A stretch of DNA of 64,000 nt, taken from Eledone cirrhosa. Taxonomy: Eukaryota. Shown piece after piece: positions 39,880 to 54,087 of the stretch. The notes under the pieces were generated by a model, which was not told the origin of the DNA, did not search any database, and saw only the letters and a list, made by a program, of their open reading frames with translations. The first letter of the stretch is position 1; each line of letters begins with the position of its first letter. Made by a program: the position numbers and the translations under genes. Location: positions 48,360,001 to 48,424,000 of the forward strand of contig OZ024748.1 of the NCBI GenBank assembly GCA_964016885.1, read 5' to 3'.

Positions 39880-40360
39880 ACTGCACATCATTACTGCTTT
39901 ACCGAGCACAGCTCTGTGTGCCTTGGGTATGTGCACTGTAGTTTTTGCTGATGTTGTTTCTATTGTATTGAGAGTACTTTTCATGTGTGTGCAGTGCCTA
40001 GTAGTGCTATCTTTTATATGGTGTATATATTTGTAAGTCCTGGGGTTTTGGCTATCTATTTGTCTGTGTTTTGTTTTTTTATCATTCCTAGAGCACCTAT
40101 TACGATAGGTATTGTTTCTGCTTTCATTTTCCACATTTGAGTTATTTCTATCTCTAGATTTTTATATTTGGAGAGTTTCTCTATTTCCTTGGAAGATATA
40201 TTGTCATCTGTGGGAATAGATACATCTGTTAGAAGGCATCTTTTCTTTGTGGTTTTTTACTATAATATCTGGTCAGTTGGCTTTGATCTCCCTGTCTGTA
40301 TGTATTGACATATCCCAGGCAATGGTTGCTTTGTCATTCACTGACACTTTTTCTGGTGTG
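39880..40360 (-). mobile_element. R4-type LINE restriction-like endonuclease (RLE) fragment
   Basis: PEKV...WDMSIHTDREIKAN*PDIIVK...LLTDVSIPTDDNISSKEIEKLSKYKNLEIEITQMWKMKAETIPIVIGALG. Confidence 0.85.
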
Positions 40361-41843
40361 TGTTTGTGTTATTATTATTATTATTATTATTATTATGAGC
40401 ATTATCATTTAAAAGTAAAAGTAAAATTTAATATAAAAAAACAATGAAAAATAAATAAAATATAATATAAATATAATATAAATAAAAGTAAAATAAAAGA
40501 AATAAAATTAAAGTAAAAGAAATTATTATTATTATCGACACCATTACTATTACTATTAAAAGAAATTGTTGGTTATTTGGTTCAGCTGTTTTGTCTTTAG
40601 TTTAAATTCGATACAGGAAAAAAAACATTCTGGTTTATCTAAAATAGTTTCCATTTCCTGATAGATAACTTGATTTTTTTTCTTTTTGTGGGAAGAGATG
40701 GGAAGGCTCAGACAAAAACAACAACATCCTCTCCCAACCCCATACCACCCCGGAACAGGTCATTTGAAGAAGATCAAAGAAGCAGAGAATTCACTCAGTG
40801 GAAAGCAGGAAACATCTAACTACAGGAAAATATGTCAGAACAGATGTGAAAAAAAAAATAAACATGAGAAAGTTGGTCAAATCGAATAAAATTTACTTTA
40901 AGTAAATAAAAATATCTTTCAAAATATAACATAAAAAGTACGAAGTTCAGCAAATATTTGTGCTGTAGCAATTATTTTAGTCCAGCTCTGATTTAAAATA
41001 AGCTATATATTAGAATACAAGACCAGCTATAGTGGCTTTAACTGTTTTTTTTAACCATATTTCTAATGAAAAACACTGCCTTTATAAGAGGGTGTTGTGG
41101 TTTGCTTGAGGCATTCTGTTGTATATGAAGTAGAGTGTTATTTGAAAGCTACGACAATGAAAAAAACCAACAATAAATATAATAAAAAATTGAAGGCAAC
41201 GAATGTTATATTTCAGGATTCTGGCTCAATAGCATGGCCCAGCATGGCCAGGGATTGGAAGTGATGGAGGTAAACTAAAGAAGGGTTCTTCTAACAGGAG
41301 TGAGAAGACCCTGGATTTGGTGGATATTTCAAGATTAAAATTCCTTCAAGTTTTAAAATATGAAACTGGTTTGGAGCTGTGCATTTTGGTTTTTATTGAG
41401 TTCCCATCTTACTGCCTATGTTTCAATTAATTTTGAAAATAATAAAATATTTTGAGGAATTTAATAAAAGAACAACATATGTTTTTATTAGTGATGTTTG
41501 AATATCACTTAAAAAATGTTCTTAAATAAAATTATACTGGAAAGTTTTAATATAAATAAAACCACTTTAAAAATGGGCAGTACAGTTTTGTATCATAAAA
41601 CCAGAGCCAGTTGGTATCAAAAGGGTTAAGCTTGAGGTTATAATATCTATAAGATTTGGCACAAGGTCAGCAATTTGAAGGGTGGGAAAGTTGATTAAAT
41701 CACCCCCAGTGCACTACTGATGCTTTATTTTATTGACCCCTACCTCTCAGCAAGATTTGAACTCAAAACATATAAGGCCATGTAATTGCTATCATTAGCG
41801 GAATATATAAAAAAACAATATAGGAAATATTTGTTTTTCTTAC

Positions 41844-41972
41844 CTGTCCACCCCCTTCAGGAAACAGAATGGTATCTTCCAAGATGACTTCATATCCAGA
41901 TAATTTCTTCTTCTTACCATTTTCTATGATGTCCAATTTAGCTGGGGCACAACTTCTCACTTTTGTATCCCA
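41844..41972 (-). CDS. AARSD1: AARSD1 (alanyl-tRNA editing protein, AlaX family) internal coding exon, 129 nt, phase 0/0
   Basis: Translates as WDTKVRSCAPAKLDIIENGKKKKLSGYEVILEDTILFPEGGGQ, matching from recall the vertebrate AARSD1 N-terminus (...VVSCCPAEL...GKKEVLSGFQVVLEDTVLFPEGGGQ). Flanked by the acceptor tttcacag| and the donor |gtaaga. Confidence 0.93.
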
Positions 41973-42676
41973 CTGTGAAATAATACAGAAAAAAAAAAGA
42001 AATTATACAATATTGATATATTATTAAATAGGTGAATTGGCAGTATCGGTAGAGGGTCGGACGCCATGCTTTCTAGCATAGTTACGTCCCTTTACAGTCT
42101 GAGTTCAAATCCTGCCGAGGTTGACTTTGCCTTTCATCCTTACGGGGTCGATAAAATAAAGTACCAGTAATGTACTGGGTAATTGCTGGCCTTGTGCCTA
42201 AAGTAGAAACAATTATTAAATAGGTTATTATTATATAGAACATTGTGAAGGGTTTGGGATTGGCAGTATTGGTAGGGTGTCGGACAACATACTTTGCAGT
42301 ATAGAGTTGTGGCCCTTGACATTTGGAGTTCAAATCCCACACTGAGGTCCAGTCATAACAACAACTCCCTCAATTCACTACACTCCACTCTGTAAAGTGG
42401 CTGTGTAGGAGTCACAACGAAAAGCACCCAGCATACACTGTCAATGTGGTTGGCGATAGGAAGGGCATCCAGCCATAGAAACCTATCCAGAAACAGTCCT
42501 ATATGAGCAAGACACCGTCACCTGACCCAACTTGCCTCAAATGGGACAACCCATCTACCCCATGGTAGCATGGAAAATGGATGTTAAATGATGATGATAT
42601 ATATATAGTGGCAGAACACTGGTGAGTTATATCCGCAGTAGTAGAGCACTCAGTCCATGGTACTAGTTTGGTAGAC

Positions 42677-42814
42677 GTAGTTCCACAACAGTTAGTACAC
42701 CTTTTCTGAGAACAATTTGTTTCACCTCGACAGATCATCAGAAACCGAGCTGATGATCCGTTGATGTGGAACAAATTGTTCTCGGAAATGGTGTACTAAC
42801 TGTTGTGGAACTAC
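42677..42814. repeat. 138-bp imperfect palindrome with a CTGATGA...GAAA motif and a tail at 42608-42676, between TA runs
   Basis: gtagttccacaacagttagtacacc...gatcatcag / aaaccgag / ctgatgatc...ggtgtactaactgttgtggaactac. Confidence 0.8.
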
Positions 42815-42832
42815 TATATATATATATATACA

Positions 42833-43048
42833 TGAAAAGTCCACAAGGAAAAACAAAGCAGTACAATGATGATATATATTAGCTTAATGCTTGATATAGC
42901 AGGAAAAGAGTTTTAACATTTTCCACCTTGGTCTTTCATCAGAAGATAGAATGAGAGATAGAATAGAAAGATAATCTAGAATAAGAAAAGGTAGAAATGG
43001 AAAATATTTTTTGCAGAAGAGAAGCACGTATGTTTTTATTCAGCCATT

Positions 43049-43105
<57 letters not shown>

Positions 43106-43300
43106 CGCGTGTGTAAAAAGTAAACAGAAGTAACAAAGCAGACAACCCAGTATAATGAAGAAATATATTAGTTTAACGCTTGAAATAATAGAAAGAGTCT
43201 CCACGTTTTGGACACTAGTCCTTCATCAGAAGATAGAATGAGAAATAAAGATGAAATAGAAAGATAAAAAATAAGAAGAGGAAAGAACAGGAAAAACAAA
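42833..43300 (-). mobile_element. Two related degenerate Penelope-like terminal fragments separated by (TA)n
   Basis: Both share ctcattctatcttCTGATGA followed by a short hairpin (aagaccaaggtgGAAA; aggactagtgtccaAAAcg), a hammerhead-like core, on the minus strand. Confidence 0.5.
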
Positions 43301-43604
43301 TTGAGAAAAAACAAACACTGCCATCATGATAATGTCCTTGATGGTGGTGGTGTTGGTAGTGTTAATGTTGGTGATGGTGGTGGTGATAATGTCGATGGTG
43401 GTGGTGGTAATGTTACTGTTGGGGTTGGTGGTGGTGGTGGTGGTAGTGTTAGTGTTGGTGGTGGTGGTGGTGGTGATAGTGTTAATGTTAGTGATGGTGT
43501 TGGTAGTGATAATGTTGGTGGTAGTGATAATGTCAATGGTGAGAGTGATACAGCTGTTGCTGCTAAGTTGTTGGATCAAACCAGTGTCCATTGTTTCTGT
43601 CTTT

Positions 43605-46600
43605 GTACCCACCTTACTCCAAAGACATGTCTCAGTACCCACCTTACTCCAAAGACATGTCTCAGTACCCACCTTACTATAAAGACATGTCTCAGTACCC
43701 ACCTTACTCCAAAGACATGTCTCAGTACCCACCTTACTCCAAAGACATGTCTCAGTACCCACCTTACTCCAAAGACATGTCTCAGTACCCACCTTACTCC
43801 AAAGACATGTCTCAGTACCCACCTTACTATAAAGACATGTCTCAGTACCCACCTTACTCCAAAGACATGTCTCAGTACCCACCTTACTATAAAGACATGT
43901 CTCAGTACCCACCTTACTATAAAGACATGTCTCAGTACCCACCTTACTCCAAAGACATGTCTCAGTACCCACCTTACTCCAAAGACATGTCTCAGTACCC
44001 ACCTTACTATAAAGACATGTCTCAGTACCCACCTTACTCCAAAGACATGTCTCAGTACCCACCTTACTCCAAAGACATGTCTCAGTACCCACCTTACTCC
44101 AAAGACATGTCTCAGTACCCACCTTACTATAAAGACATGTCTCAGTACCCACCTTACTCCAAAGACATGTCTCAGTACCCACCTTACTCCAAAGACATGT
44201 CTCAGTACCCGCCTTACTCCAAAGACATGTCTCAGTACCCACCTTACTCCAAAGACATGTCTCAGTACCCACCTTACTATAAAGACATGTCTCAGTACCC
44301 ACCTTACTCCAAAGACATGTCTCAGTACCCACCTTACTATAAAGACATGTCTCAGTACCCACCTTACTATAAAGACATGTCTCAGTACCCACCTTACTCC
44401 AAAGACATGTCTCAGTACCCACCTTACTCCAAAGACATGTCTCAGTACCCACCTTACTATAAAGACATGTCTCAGTACCCACCTTACTCCAAAGACATGT
44501 CTCAGTACCCACCTTACTCCAAAGACATGTCTCAGTACCCACCTTACTATAAAGACATGTCTCAGTACCCACCTTACTCCAAAGACATGTCTCAGTACCC
44601 ACCTTACTATAAAGACATGTCTCAGTACCCACCTTACTATAAAGACATGTCTCAGTACCCACCTTACTATAAAGACATGTCTCAGTACCCACCTTACTAT
44701 AAAGACATGTCTCAGTACCCACCTTACTCCAAAGACATGTCTCAGTACCCACCTTACTATAAAGACATGTCTCAGTACCCACCTTACTATAAAGACATGT
44801 CTCAGTACCCACCTTACTATAAAGACATGTCTCAGTACCCACCTTACTATAAAGACATGTCTCAGTACCCACCTTACTATGAAGACATGTCTCAGTACCC
44901 ACCTTACTCCAAAGACATGTCTCAGTACCCACCTTACTATAAAGACATGTCTCAGTACCCACCTTACTCCAAAGACATGTCTCAGTACCCACCTTACTCC
45001 AAAGACATGTCTCAGTACCCACCTTACTATAAAGACATGTCTCAGTACCCACCTTACTCCAAAGACATGTCTCAGTACCCACCTTACTATAAAGACATGT
45101 CTCAGTACCCACCTTACTCCAAAGACATGTCTCAGTACCCACCTTACTATAAAGACATGTCTCAGTACCCACCTTACTATAAAGACATGTCTCAGTACCC
45201 ACCTTACTATAAAGACATGTCTCAGTACCCACCTTACTATAAAGACATGTCTCAGTACCCACCTTACTATAAAGACATGTCTCAGTACCCACCTTACTAT
45301 AAAGACATGTCTCAGTACCCACCTTACTCCAAAGACATGTCTCAGTACCCACCTTACTATAAAGACATGTCTCAGTACCCACCTTACTATAAAGACATGT
45401 CTCAGTACCCACCTTACTATAAAGACATGTCTCAGTACCCACCTTACTATAAAGACATGTCTCAGTACCCACCTTACTATAAAGACATGTCTCAGTACCC
45501 ACCTTACTATAAAGACATGTCTCAGTACCCACCTTACTCCAAAGACATGTCTCAGTACCCACCTTACTCCAAAGACATGTCTCAGTACCCACCTTACTCC
45601 AAAGACATGTCTCAGTACCCACCTTACTATAAAGACATGTCTCAGTACCCACCTTACTATAAAGACATGTCTCAGTACCCACCTTACTATAAAGACATGT
45701 CTCAGTACCCACCTTACTATAAAGACATGTCTCAGTACCCACCTTACTATAAAGACATGTCTCAGTACCCACCTTACTCCAAAGACATGTCTCAGTACCC
45801 ACCTTACTCCAAAGACATGTCTCAGTACCCACCTTACTCCAAAGACATGTCTCAGTACCCACCTTACTCCAAAGACATGTCTCAGTACCCACCTTACTAT
45901 AAAGACATGTCTCAGTACCCACCTTACTATAAAGACATGTCTCAGTACCCACCTTACTCCAAAGACATGTCTCAGTACCCACCTTACTCCAAAGACATGT
46001 CTCAGTACCCACCTTACTATAAAGACATGTCTCAGTACCCACCTTACTCCAAAGACATGTCTCAGTACCCACCTTACTATAAAGACATGTCTCAGTACCC
46101 ACCTTACTCCAAAGACATGTCTCAGTACCCACCTTACTCCAAAGACATGTCTCAGTACCCACCTTACTCCAAAGACATGTCTCAGTACCCACCTTACTCC
46201 AAAGACATGTCTCAGTACCCACCTTACTCCAAAGACATGTCTCAGTACCCACCTTACTCCAAAGACATGTCTCAGTACCCACCTTACTCCAAAGACATGT
46301 CTCAGTACCCACCTTACTCCAAAGACATGTCTCAGTACCCACCTTACTCCAAAGACATGTCTCAGTACCCACCTTACTATAAAGACATGTCTCAGTACCC
46401 ACCTTACTCCAAAGACATGTCTCAGTACCCACCTTACTCCAAAGACATGTCTCAGTACCCACCTTACTCCAAAGACATGTCTCAGTACCCACCTTACTAT
46501 AAAGACATGTCTCAGTACCCGCCTTACTATAAAGACATGTCTCAGTACCCACCTTACTATAAAGACATGTCTCAGTACCCACCTTACTATAAAGACATGT

Positions 46601-49153
46601 CTCAGTACCCACCTTACTCCAAAGACATGTCTCAGTACCCACCTTACTCCAAAGACATGTCTCAGTACCCACCTTACTATAAAGACATGTCTCAGTACCC
46701 GCCTTACTATAAAGACATGTCTCAGTACCCACCTTACTATAAAGACATGTCTCAGTACCCACCTTACTCCAAAGACATGTCTCAGTACCCACCTTACTCC
46801 AAAGACATGTCTCAGTACCCACCTTACTCCAAAGACATGTCTCAGTACCCACCTTACTATAAAGACATGTCTCAGTACCCGCCTTACTATAAAGACATGT
46901 CTCAGTACCCGCCTTACTATAAAGACATGTCTCAGTACCCACCTTACTCCAAAGACATGTCTCAGTACCCACCTTACTCCAAAGACATGTCTCAGTACCC
47001 ACCTTACTATAAAGACATGTCTCAGTACCCGCCTTACTATAAAGACATGTCTCAGTACCCACCTTACTATAAAGACATGTCTCAGTACCCACCTTACTAT
47101 AAAGACATGTCTCAGTACCCACCTTACTATAAAGACATGTCTCAGTACCCACCTTACTCCAAAGACATGTCTCAGTACCCACCTTACTCCAAAGACATGT
47201 CTCAGTACCCACCTTACTATAAAGACATGTCTCAGTACCCACCTTACTATAAAGACATGTCTCAGTACCCACCTTACTATAAAGACATGTCTCAGTACCC
47301 ACCTTACTCCAAAGACATGTCTCAGTACCCACCTTACTCCAAAGACATGTCTCAGTACCCACCTTACTATAAAGACATGTCTCAGTACCCACCTTACTAT
47401 AAAGACATGTCTCAGTACCCACCTTACTCCAAAGACATGTCTCAGTACCCACCTTACTCCAAAGACATGTCTCAGTACCCACCTTACTATAAAGACATGT
47501 CTCAGTACCCACCTTACTATAAAGACATGTCTCAGTACCCACCTTACTCCAAAGACATGTCTCAGTACCCACCTTACTCCAAAGACATGTCTCAGTACCC
47601 ACCTTACTATAAAGACATGTCTCAGTACCCACCTTACTATAAAGACATGTCTCAGTACCCACCTTACTATAAAGACATGTCTCAGTACCCGCCTTACTAT
47701 AAAGACATGTCTCAGTACCCACCTTACTATAAAGACATGTCTCAGTACCCACCTTACTCCAAAGACATGTCTCAGTACCCACCTTACTCCAAAGACATGT
47801 CTCAGTACCCACCTTACTATAAAGACATGTCTCAGTACCCGCCTTACTATAAAGACATGTCTCAGTACCCACCTTACTATAAAGACATGTCTCAGTACCC
47901 GCCTTACTCCAAAGACATGTCTCAGTACCCACCTTACTCCAAAGACATGTCTCAGTACCCACCTTACTATAAAGACATGTCTCAGTACCCACCTTACTAT
48001 AAAGACATGTCTCAGTACCCACCTTACTCCAAAGACATGTCTCAGTACCCGCCTTACTCCAAAGACATGTCTCAGTACCCACCTTACTCCAAAGACATGT
48101 CTCAGTACCCACCTTACTATAAAGACATGTCTCAGTACCCACCTTACTATAAAGACATGTCTCAGTACCCACCTTACTATAAAGACATGTCTCAGTACCC
48201 ACCTTACTCCAAAGACATGTCTCAGTACCCACCTTACTATAAAGACATGTCTCAGTACCCGCCTTACTCCAAAGACATGTCTCAGTACCCACCTTACTAT
48301 AAAGACATGTCTCAGTACCCACCTTACTCCAAAGACATGTCTCAGTACCCACCTTACTCCAAAGACATGTCTCAGTACCCACCTTACTATAAAGACATGT
48401 CTCAGTACCCACCTTACTCCAAAGACATGTCTCAGTACCCACCTTACTCCAAAGACATGTCTCAGTACCCGCCTTACTCCAAAGACATGTCTCAGTACCC
48501 ACCTTACTCCAAAGACATGTCTCAGTACCCACCTTACTATAAAGACATGTCTCAGTACCCACCTTACTATAAAGACATGTCTCAGTACCCACCTTACTAT
48601 AAAGACATGTCTCAGTACCCACCTTACTCCAAAGACATGTCTCAGTACCCACCTTACTCCAAAGACATGTCTCAGTACCCACCTTACTCCAAAGACATGT
48701 CTCAGTACCCACCTTACTATAAAGACATGTCTCAGTACCCACCTTACTATAAAGACATGTCTCAGTACCCACCTTACTCCAAAGACATGTCTCAGTACCC
48801 ACCTTACTATAAAGACATGTCTCAGTACCCACCTTACTATAAAGACATGTCTCAGTACCCACCTTACTATAAAGACATGTCTCAGTACCCACCTTACTAT
48901 AAAGACATGTCTCAGTACCCACCTTACTATAAAGACATGTCTCAGTACCCACCTTACTATAAAGACATGTCTCAGTACCCACCTTACTCCAAAGACATGT
49001 CTCAGTACCCACCTTACTCCAAAGACATGTCTCAGTACCCACCTTACTATAAAGACATGTCTCAGTACCCACCTTACTATAAAGACATGTCTCAGTACCC
49101 ACCTTACTCCAAAGACATGTCTCAGTACCTACCTTACTATAAAGACATGTCTC
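43605..49153. repeat. 30-bp satellite, ~185 copies (5.5 kb)
   Basis: Unit aaagacatgtctcagtaccc(a/g)ccttact(cc/at), in perfect register throughout. Confidence 0.98.
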
Positions 49154-49411
49154 TGATTATATAAAACATTCTACTCTCTTCTAATCTTCAAAGGAACTAT
49201 CGGACAATTAATTACAAAACTAATGAAAAAACAAACAACAAACAAAACAAAAACCAATATTAGTTACATTTGATATCTATTACATTATATTACATTATTA
49301 ACTTTGCCTTTCATCCTTACAGTGTCGATAAAATAAAGTACCAGTAATGCACTGGGTAATTGCTGGCCTTGTACCAAAAGTAGAAACAATTATATTATTA
49401 TATAATATATT

Positions 49412-49604
49412 GGGCGGTGGATTGGCAGTATCGGTAGAGGGTCGGACGCCATGCTTTGACGCATTGAGTTACGGCCCTTGCCATTCTGAGTTCAAATCCC
49501 GCCGAGGTTAACTTTGCCTTTCATCCTTACGGGGTCGATAAAATAAAGTACCAGTAATACACTGGGTAATTGCTAGCCTTGTGCAAAAAGTAGAAACAAT
49601 TATT
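49412..49604 (+). mobile_element. SINE family A, full-length copy
   Basis: gggcggtggattggcagtatcggtagagggtcggacgcc...gagttcaaatcccgccgagg...agtagaaacaattatta. Confidence 0.88.
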
Positions 49605-49948
49605 ATATAATATCTTATTTGTTATTTTATATATTATATTAAATCATGTATTATATATTATATCATATTCTATGCTGTTAAATGGGATAATATCTCAGGG
49701 TTTTTATAATATGTTATGAAAACAATTTTCTTTCTCAAAAAGGAGAAAGATTAACGAGATGTTATGAAAATTTATGAAAGAATTCAGATGATGATACTAG
49801 ATATGTATCGTCATCGTTTTTATGGCCGCTTTTCCATGCTTGCATATATGTATGTATGTGTGTATGTATATATGTATGTATATGTGTGTGTATCTATATG
49901 CATGTATGCATGCTTGAATGTATGGTTGTATATATATATATATGAATT

Positions 49949-49985
<37 letters not shown>

Positions 49986-50259
49986 CTTTATGTATGTATG
50001 TAGGATGTCTGTATGTGTGTAAGTATGTATGTACGTACATACATACATATGTATGTGTGTATGTATATAGCCAGAATGAATACCACAAAGCATTACATCT
50101 GACATTCTAATGACTCTGCCAATTTGCTGCCTCTCGAGTCACGAGATGATCCTGCAATCTTTTATAGTAATGTTTCAAACAAGTCGACAGCATCAATTTC
50201 TTCAACTGCTGCTGCTACTAACAGTCAATCTCCAACATCTCCCATGCCTCCATTGTTAA

Positions 50260-50479
50260 CCCTTTAGTGTTCAAACCGGCCAAAACCGGCCAGAATTCTC
50301 TACCTCTTTCTGTTGAAACTGGCTGTAACTGGTCACTCAAACTGATGTTAAGGTATTGTTCTCAAAATAAATACTTTCAAAATCTCATAGATTCGATACT
50401 ATGTGAGATAATTATGTGAGGTAAAGCCTTTACCATGAAAATATAATAGTATATATGGAGTAATGTGAATGCTAAAGGG
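50260..50479 (+). mobile_element. piggyBac-like MITE
   Basis: TTAA|CCCTTT...AAAGGG|TTAA; same family. Confidence 0.85.
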
Positions 50480-51409
50480 TTAAATCATGGCAACTTAAAC
50501 CATTTTCATAACAACTCAGCTAAAACCAGCTCTGGTTCTAATAAACAAAACTTACCCATTCTAAAGGGTCATATTTAACTCTTTCATTACCAAGCTGGCG
50601 AAAACCAGCTCTGGTTCTATGAAACAAAACCAGCCATCCTAAAGGGTTCCTATTTAAGTTCAATTCTTCCAACATGATTTTATATAAGAACCATATGTAA
50701 TGGAATAATTACCGTAAGAAGCTTCATCCTTGAGGATGCACCCTAATTTTGACAACCAAATATTTGAAAAAATATAATAAACAACCTTCGGCCTCCAGGA
50801 TGCATGGTGGATTTTTGTGACTTATTTTAGGAAAAAAATAGCATCTTCGACACCGGGAAATACGGTAATAATTTTAGTAAAGACTTCAAAATTCTTCATT
50901 AATTAGTTAAAATAGAATGTTATTCATTAGAAATCTGATAACAAAAGGGTTAATGTGTAGTACAATATCACGACATTCTTTTATTGGTTTCAGTCATCAG
51001 GACCATGCTGGAGCATCACCTTGTCAGTCAATTGATAGAAAACCAGAAATGATGTAGTTATGAAGTAAACTTCTTAATCATATGATCATGTATATATAAA
51101 TGTATATATTGTATGTGTGCATGTGTGTATATATATATATATACACACACACACAAATGTGTGTATTACATCTTACTGTACCAAGGAATTTCCTTCATTT
51201 TCCACGACACACACAACAGACATCCAATATTAAAAACAAACAGTGTTAATACACTGATTGCACTAACATGAACCCAACAACCAATCAGTGTACTGGCTGC
51301 AACAAATCCCCTCCACCCACTGTGTATACACACACTGACATACACACAAATACACACACCCTGACATACACATATCTACACACACACACACACACACATA
51401 TTTACACAC

Positions 51410-51785
51410 CACACACATATCTACAAAAAGACATACCTACACACACAGACATACACATCTGTACACAAACCTATGCTTACACACACACACATATCTACAA
51501 AGAGACATACCCACACACACACAGACATACACATCTGTACACAAACCTATGCTTACACACACACACACACACATATATCTACAAAGAGACATACCCACAC
51601 ACATTTATTCACACACACACACAGACATACACACCTGTACACAAACCTATGCTTACACACACACACACACATATATCTACAAAGAGACATACCCACACAC
51701 ACACATTTATTCACACACACACACAGACATACATACACATCTGTACACAAACCTATGCCTACACACACACACACACATATCTAGC
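51410..51785. repeat. Compound CA-rich tandem repeat (~70-85-bp units)
   Basis: Recurring atatctacaaagagacatacccac...ctgtacacaaacctatgcttac. Confidence 0.85.
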
Positions 51786-52093
51786 CATAAACACACAGCA
51801 ATACACAGACACAAAGAGACAATGTATTCTAGATCTCTCTCTCTCTCCACTAAAAACACAACACAGCTGCTGCTACTACTACTGCTGCTCTGCCATACAT
51901 TGTTCTGTTGTTCTTTGTTTTTCTTGCAAACAACAACAACAAAAGCCGAAACATTGCTACATCTTCCCAATTTAGCATCGTCCTTACAGGAATTCATTTA
52001 GAAACAGTTTGACAGTTTGCAAACTACTTACAGCTATCCCTACTAACAGCTCACAGTTACAAAACTCTCATCAATCACAAAGCACATCACATC

Positions 52094-52473
52094 TTGTTGT
52101 TGTTGTGGTGGTTGTCTTTGTTGTTGCTGGTGGTGGTGGTAATGGTGGTGGTGGTGGTGGTTGTCTTTGTTGTTGTGGTGGTGGTGGTGGTTGTTATTGT
52201 CTTTGTTGTTGCTGGTGGTGGTGCTGGTGGTGGTGGTTGTTGTCTTTGTCTGTTGTCTTTGTTGTTGCTGGTGGTAGTGGTGGTGGTTGTCTTTGTTGTT
52301 GTGGTGGTGGTAGTGGTGGTGGTTGTTGTTGTCTTTGTTGTTGTGGTGGTGGTGGTTGTTGTTGTCTTTGTTGTTGTTGTGGTGGTGTGGTGGTGGTTGT
52401 TGTCTTTGTTGTTGTTGTGGTGGTGGTGGTGGTGGTGGTTGTCTTTGTTGTTGTGGTGGTGGTGGTGCTGGTG

Positions 52474-52505
<32 letters not shown>

Positions 52506-53745
52506 TCTTTGTTGTTGCTGGTGGTGGTGGTTGTCTTTGTTGTTGCTGGTGGTGGTGGTGGTGGTTGTCGTCTTTGTTGTTGCTGGTGGTGGTTGTCTTT
52601 GTTGTTGCTGGTGGTGGTGGTGGTGGTTGTCTGTGTTGTTGTGGTGGTGGTGGTGGTTGTCTTTGTTGTTGTGGTGGTGGTAGTGGTGGTGGTTGTTGTT
52701 GTCTTTGTTGTTGTGGTGGTGGTTGTTGTTGTCTTTGTTGTTGTTGTAGTGGTGGTGCTGGTGGTTGTTGTTGTCTTTGTTGTTGTGGTGGTGGTGTGGT
52801 GGTGGTTGTTGTCTTTGTTGTTGTTGTGGTGGTGGTTGTTGTCTTTGTTGTTGTGTTTGTTGTTGCTGGTGGTGGTGGTGGTGGTGGTTGTCTTTGTTGT
52901 TGCTGGTGGTGGTGGTGGTTGTCTTTGTTGTTGCTGGTGGTGGTGGTTGTCTTTGTTGTGGTGGTGGTGGTTGTCTTTGTTGTTGTGGCGGTGGTGGTGG
53001 TGCTGGTGGTTGTTGTTGTCTTTGTTGTTGTGGTGGTGGTGGTTGTTGTTGTCTTTGTTGTGGTGGTGTGGTGGTGGTTGTTGTCTTTGTTGTTGTGGTA
53101 GTGGTGGTGCTGGTTGTTGTCTTTGTTGTTGTGGTGGTGGTGGTGGTTGTTGTCTTTGTTGTTGCTGGTGGTGGTGGTGGTTGTTGTCTTTGCTGTCTTT
53201 GTTGTTGCTGGTGGTGGTGGTTGTTGTTGTCTTTGTTGTTGTGGTGGTGGTGGTGGTTGTTGTCTTTGTTGTTGTTGTGGTGGTGGTTGTTGTTGCTGGT
53301 GGTGATGGTGGTGGTGGTGGTTGTCTTTGTTGTTGTGGTGGTGGTGGTGGTGGTGGTTGTTGTCTTTGTTGTTGTGGTGGTGGTGGTTGTTGTCTTTGTT
53401 GTGGTGGTGGTGGTGGTGGTGGTTGTCTTTGTTGTTGGTGGTGGTGTTACCTGTGTTGTTGTTGTTGTTGTTGCTGGTGGTGGTGGTTGTCTTTGTTGTT
53501 GTGGTGGTGGTTGTCTTTGTTGTTGTGGTGGTGGTTGTCTTTGTTGTTGCTGCTGCTGGTGGTGGTGGTGGTGGTTGTTGTTATTGAGGTGGTGGTGGTG
53601 GTGTAATTGTCGGTCTTGCAATTGTTATTGCTGCCGTGGTTGTTGTAACAGTGGTAGTTGTTGTTTTGTTGTGATGGTGGTTGTTATTGTCGTTATGTTG
53701 TTGTTGTTATTGTTGTTGTTGTTATCATTGTTGTTGTTGTTGTCT
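52094..53745. repeat. Degenerate (GGT)n/(TGT)n repeat punctuated by gtcttt
   Basis: Direct inspection. Confidence 0.92.
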
Positions 53746-53905
53746 AGCTTAGCTAGTCATTCTTAATTACTTAATTTCACTTTTACAACAAATACTGTAA
53801 CAAATCGTAACGCTGGTGCTAGTTTGCATTACCTATGTGTGCAGTTCTCTGGGGAAATCACGCCTAAATTGGTATTTGTGTGCAAGCATGTACACAAACA
53901 TAAAG

Positions 53906-53937
<32 letters not shown>

Positions 53938-54087
53938 ACAGAGGAAACAATGTACATCCTATATTTTAGTTCAGTATCATCTGGTGTATGATTATGTGTT
54001 GCTGTGTATTTTTATTGAAGTATACACATTTAATCACAGATGTGTTGTGAGCAGCATATTCTTCTCTCTCTCGTGTGTGTGTGTGTG

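Noticed and set aside
43226-49164. Three ORFs of 1857-1958 aa (KVGTETCL(Y/W)S, THLT(P/I)KTCLS and KDMSQYPPY repeats)
   Set aside because: They are a 30-bp satellite lacking stops in three frames. There is no synonymous-site variation pattern and no unique domain.
52009-53766. Gly/Cys-rich (keratin-associated-like) and poly-Thr/Gln ORFs
   Set aside because: Degenerate trinucleotide repeat with frame-breaking indels, open in many frames.
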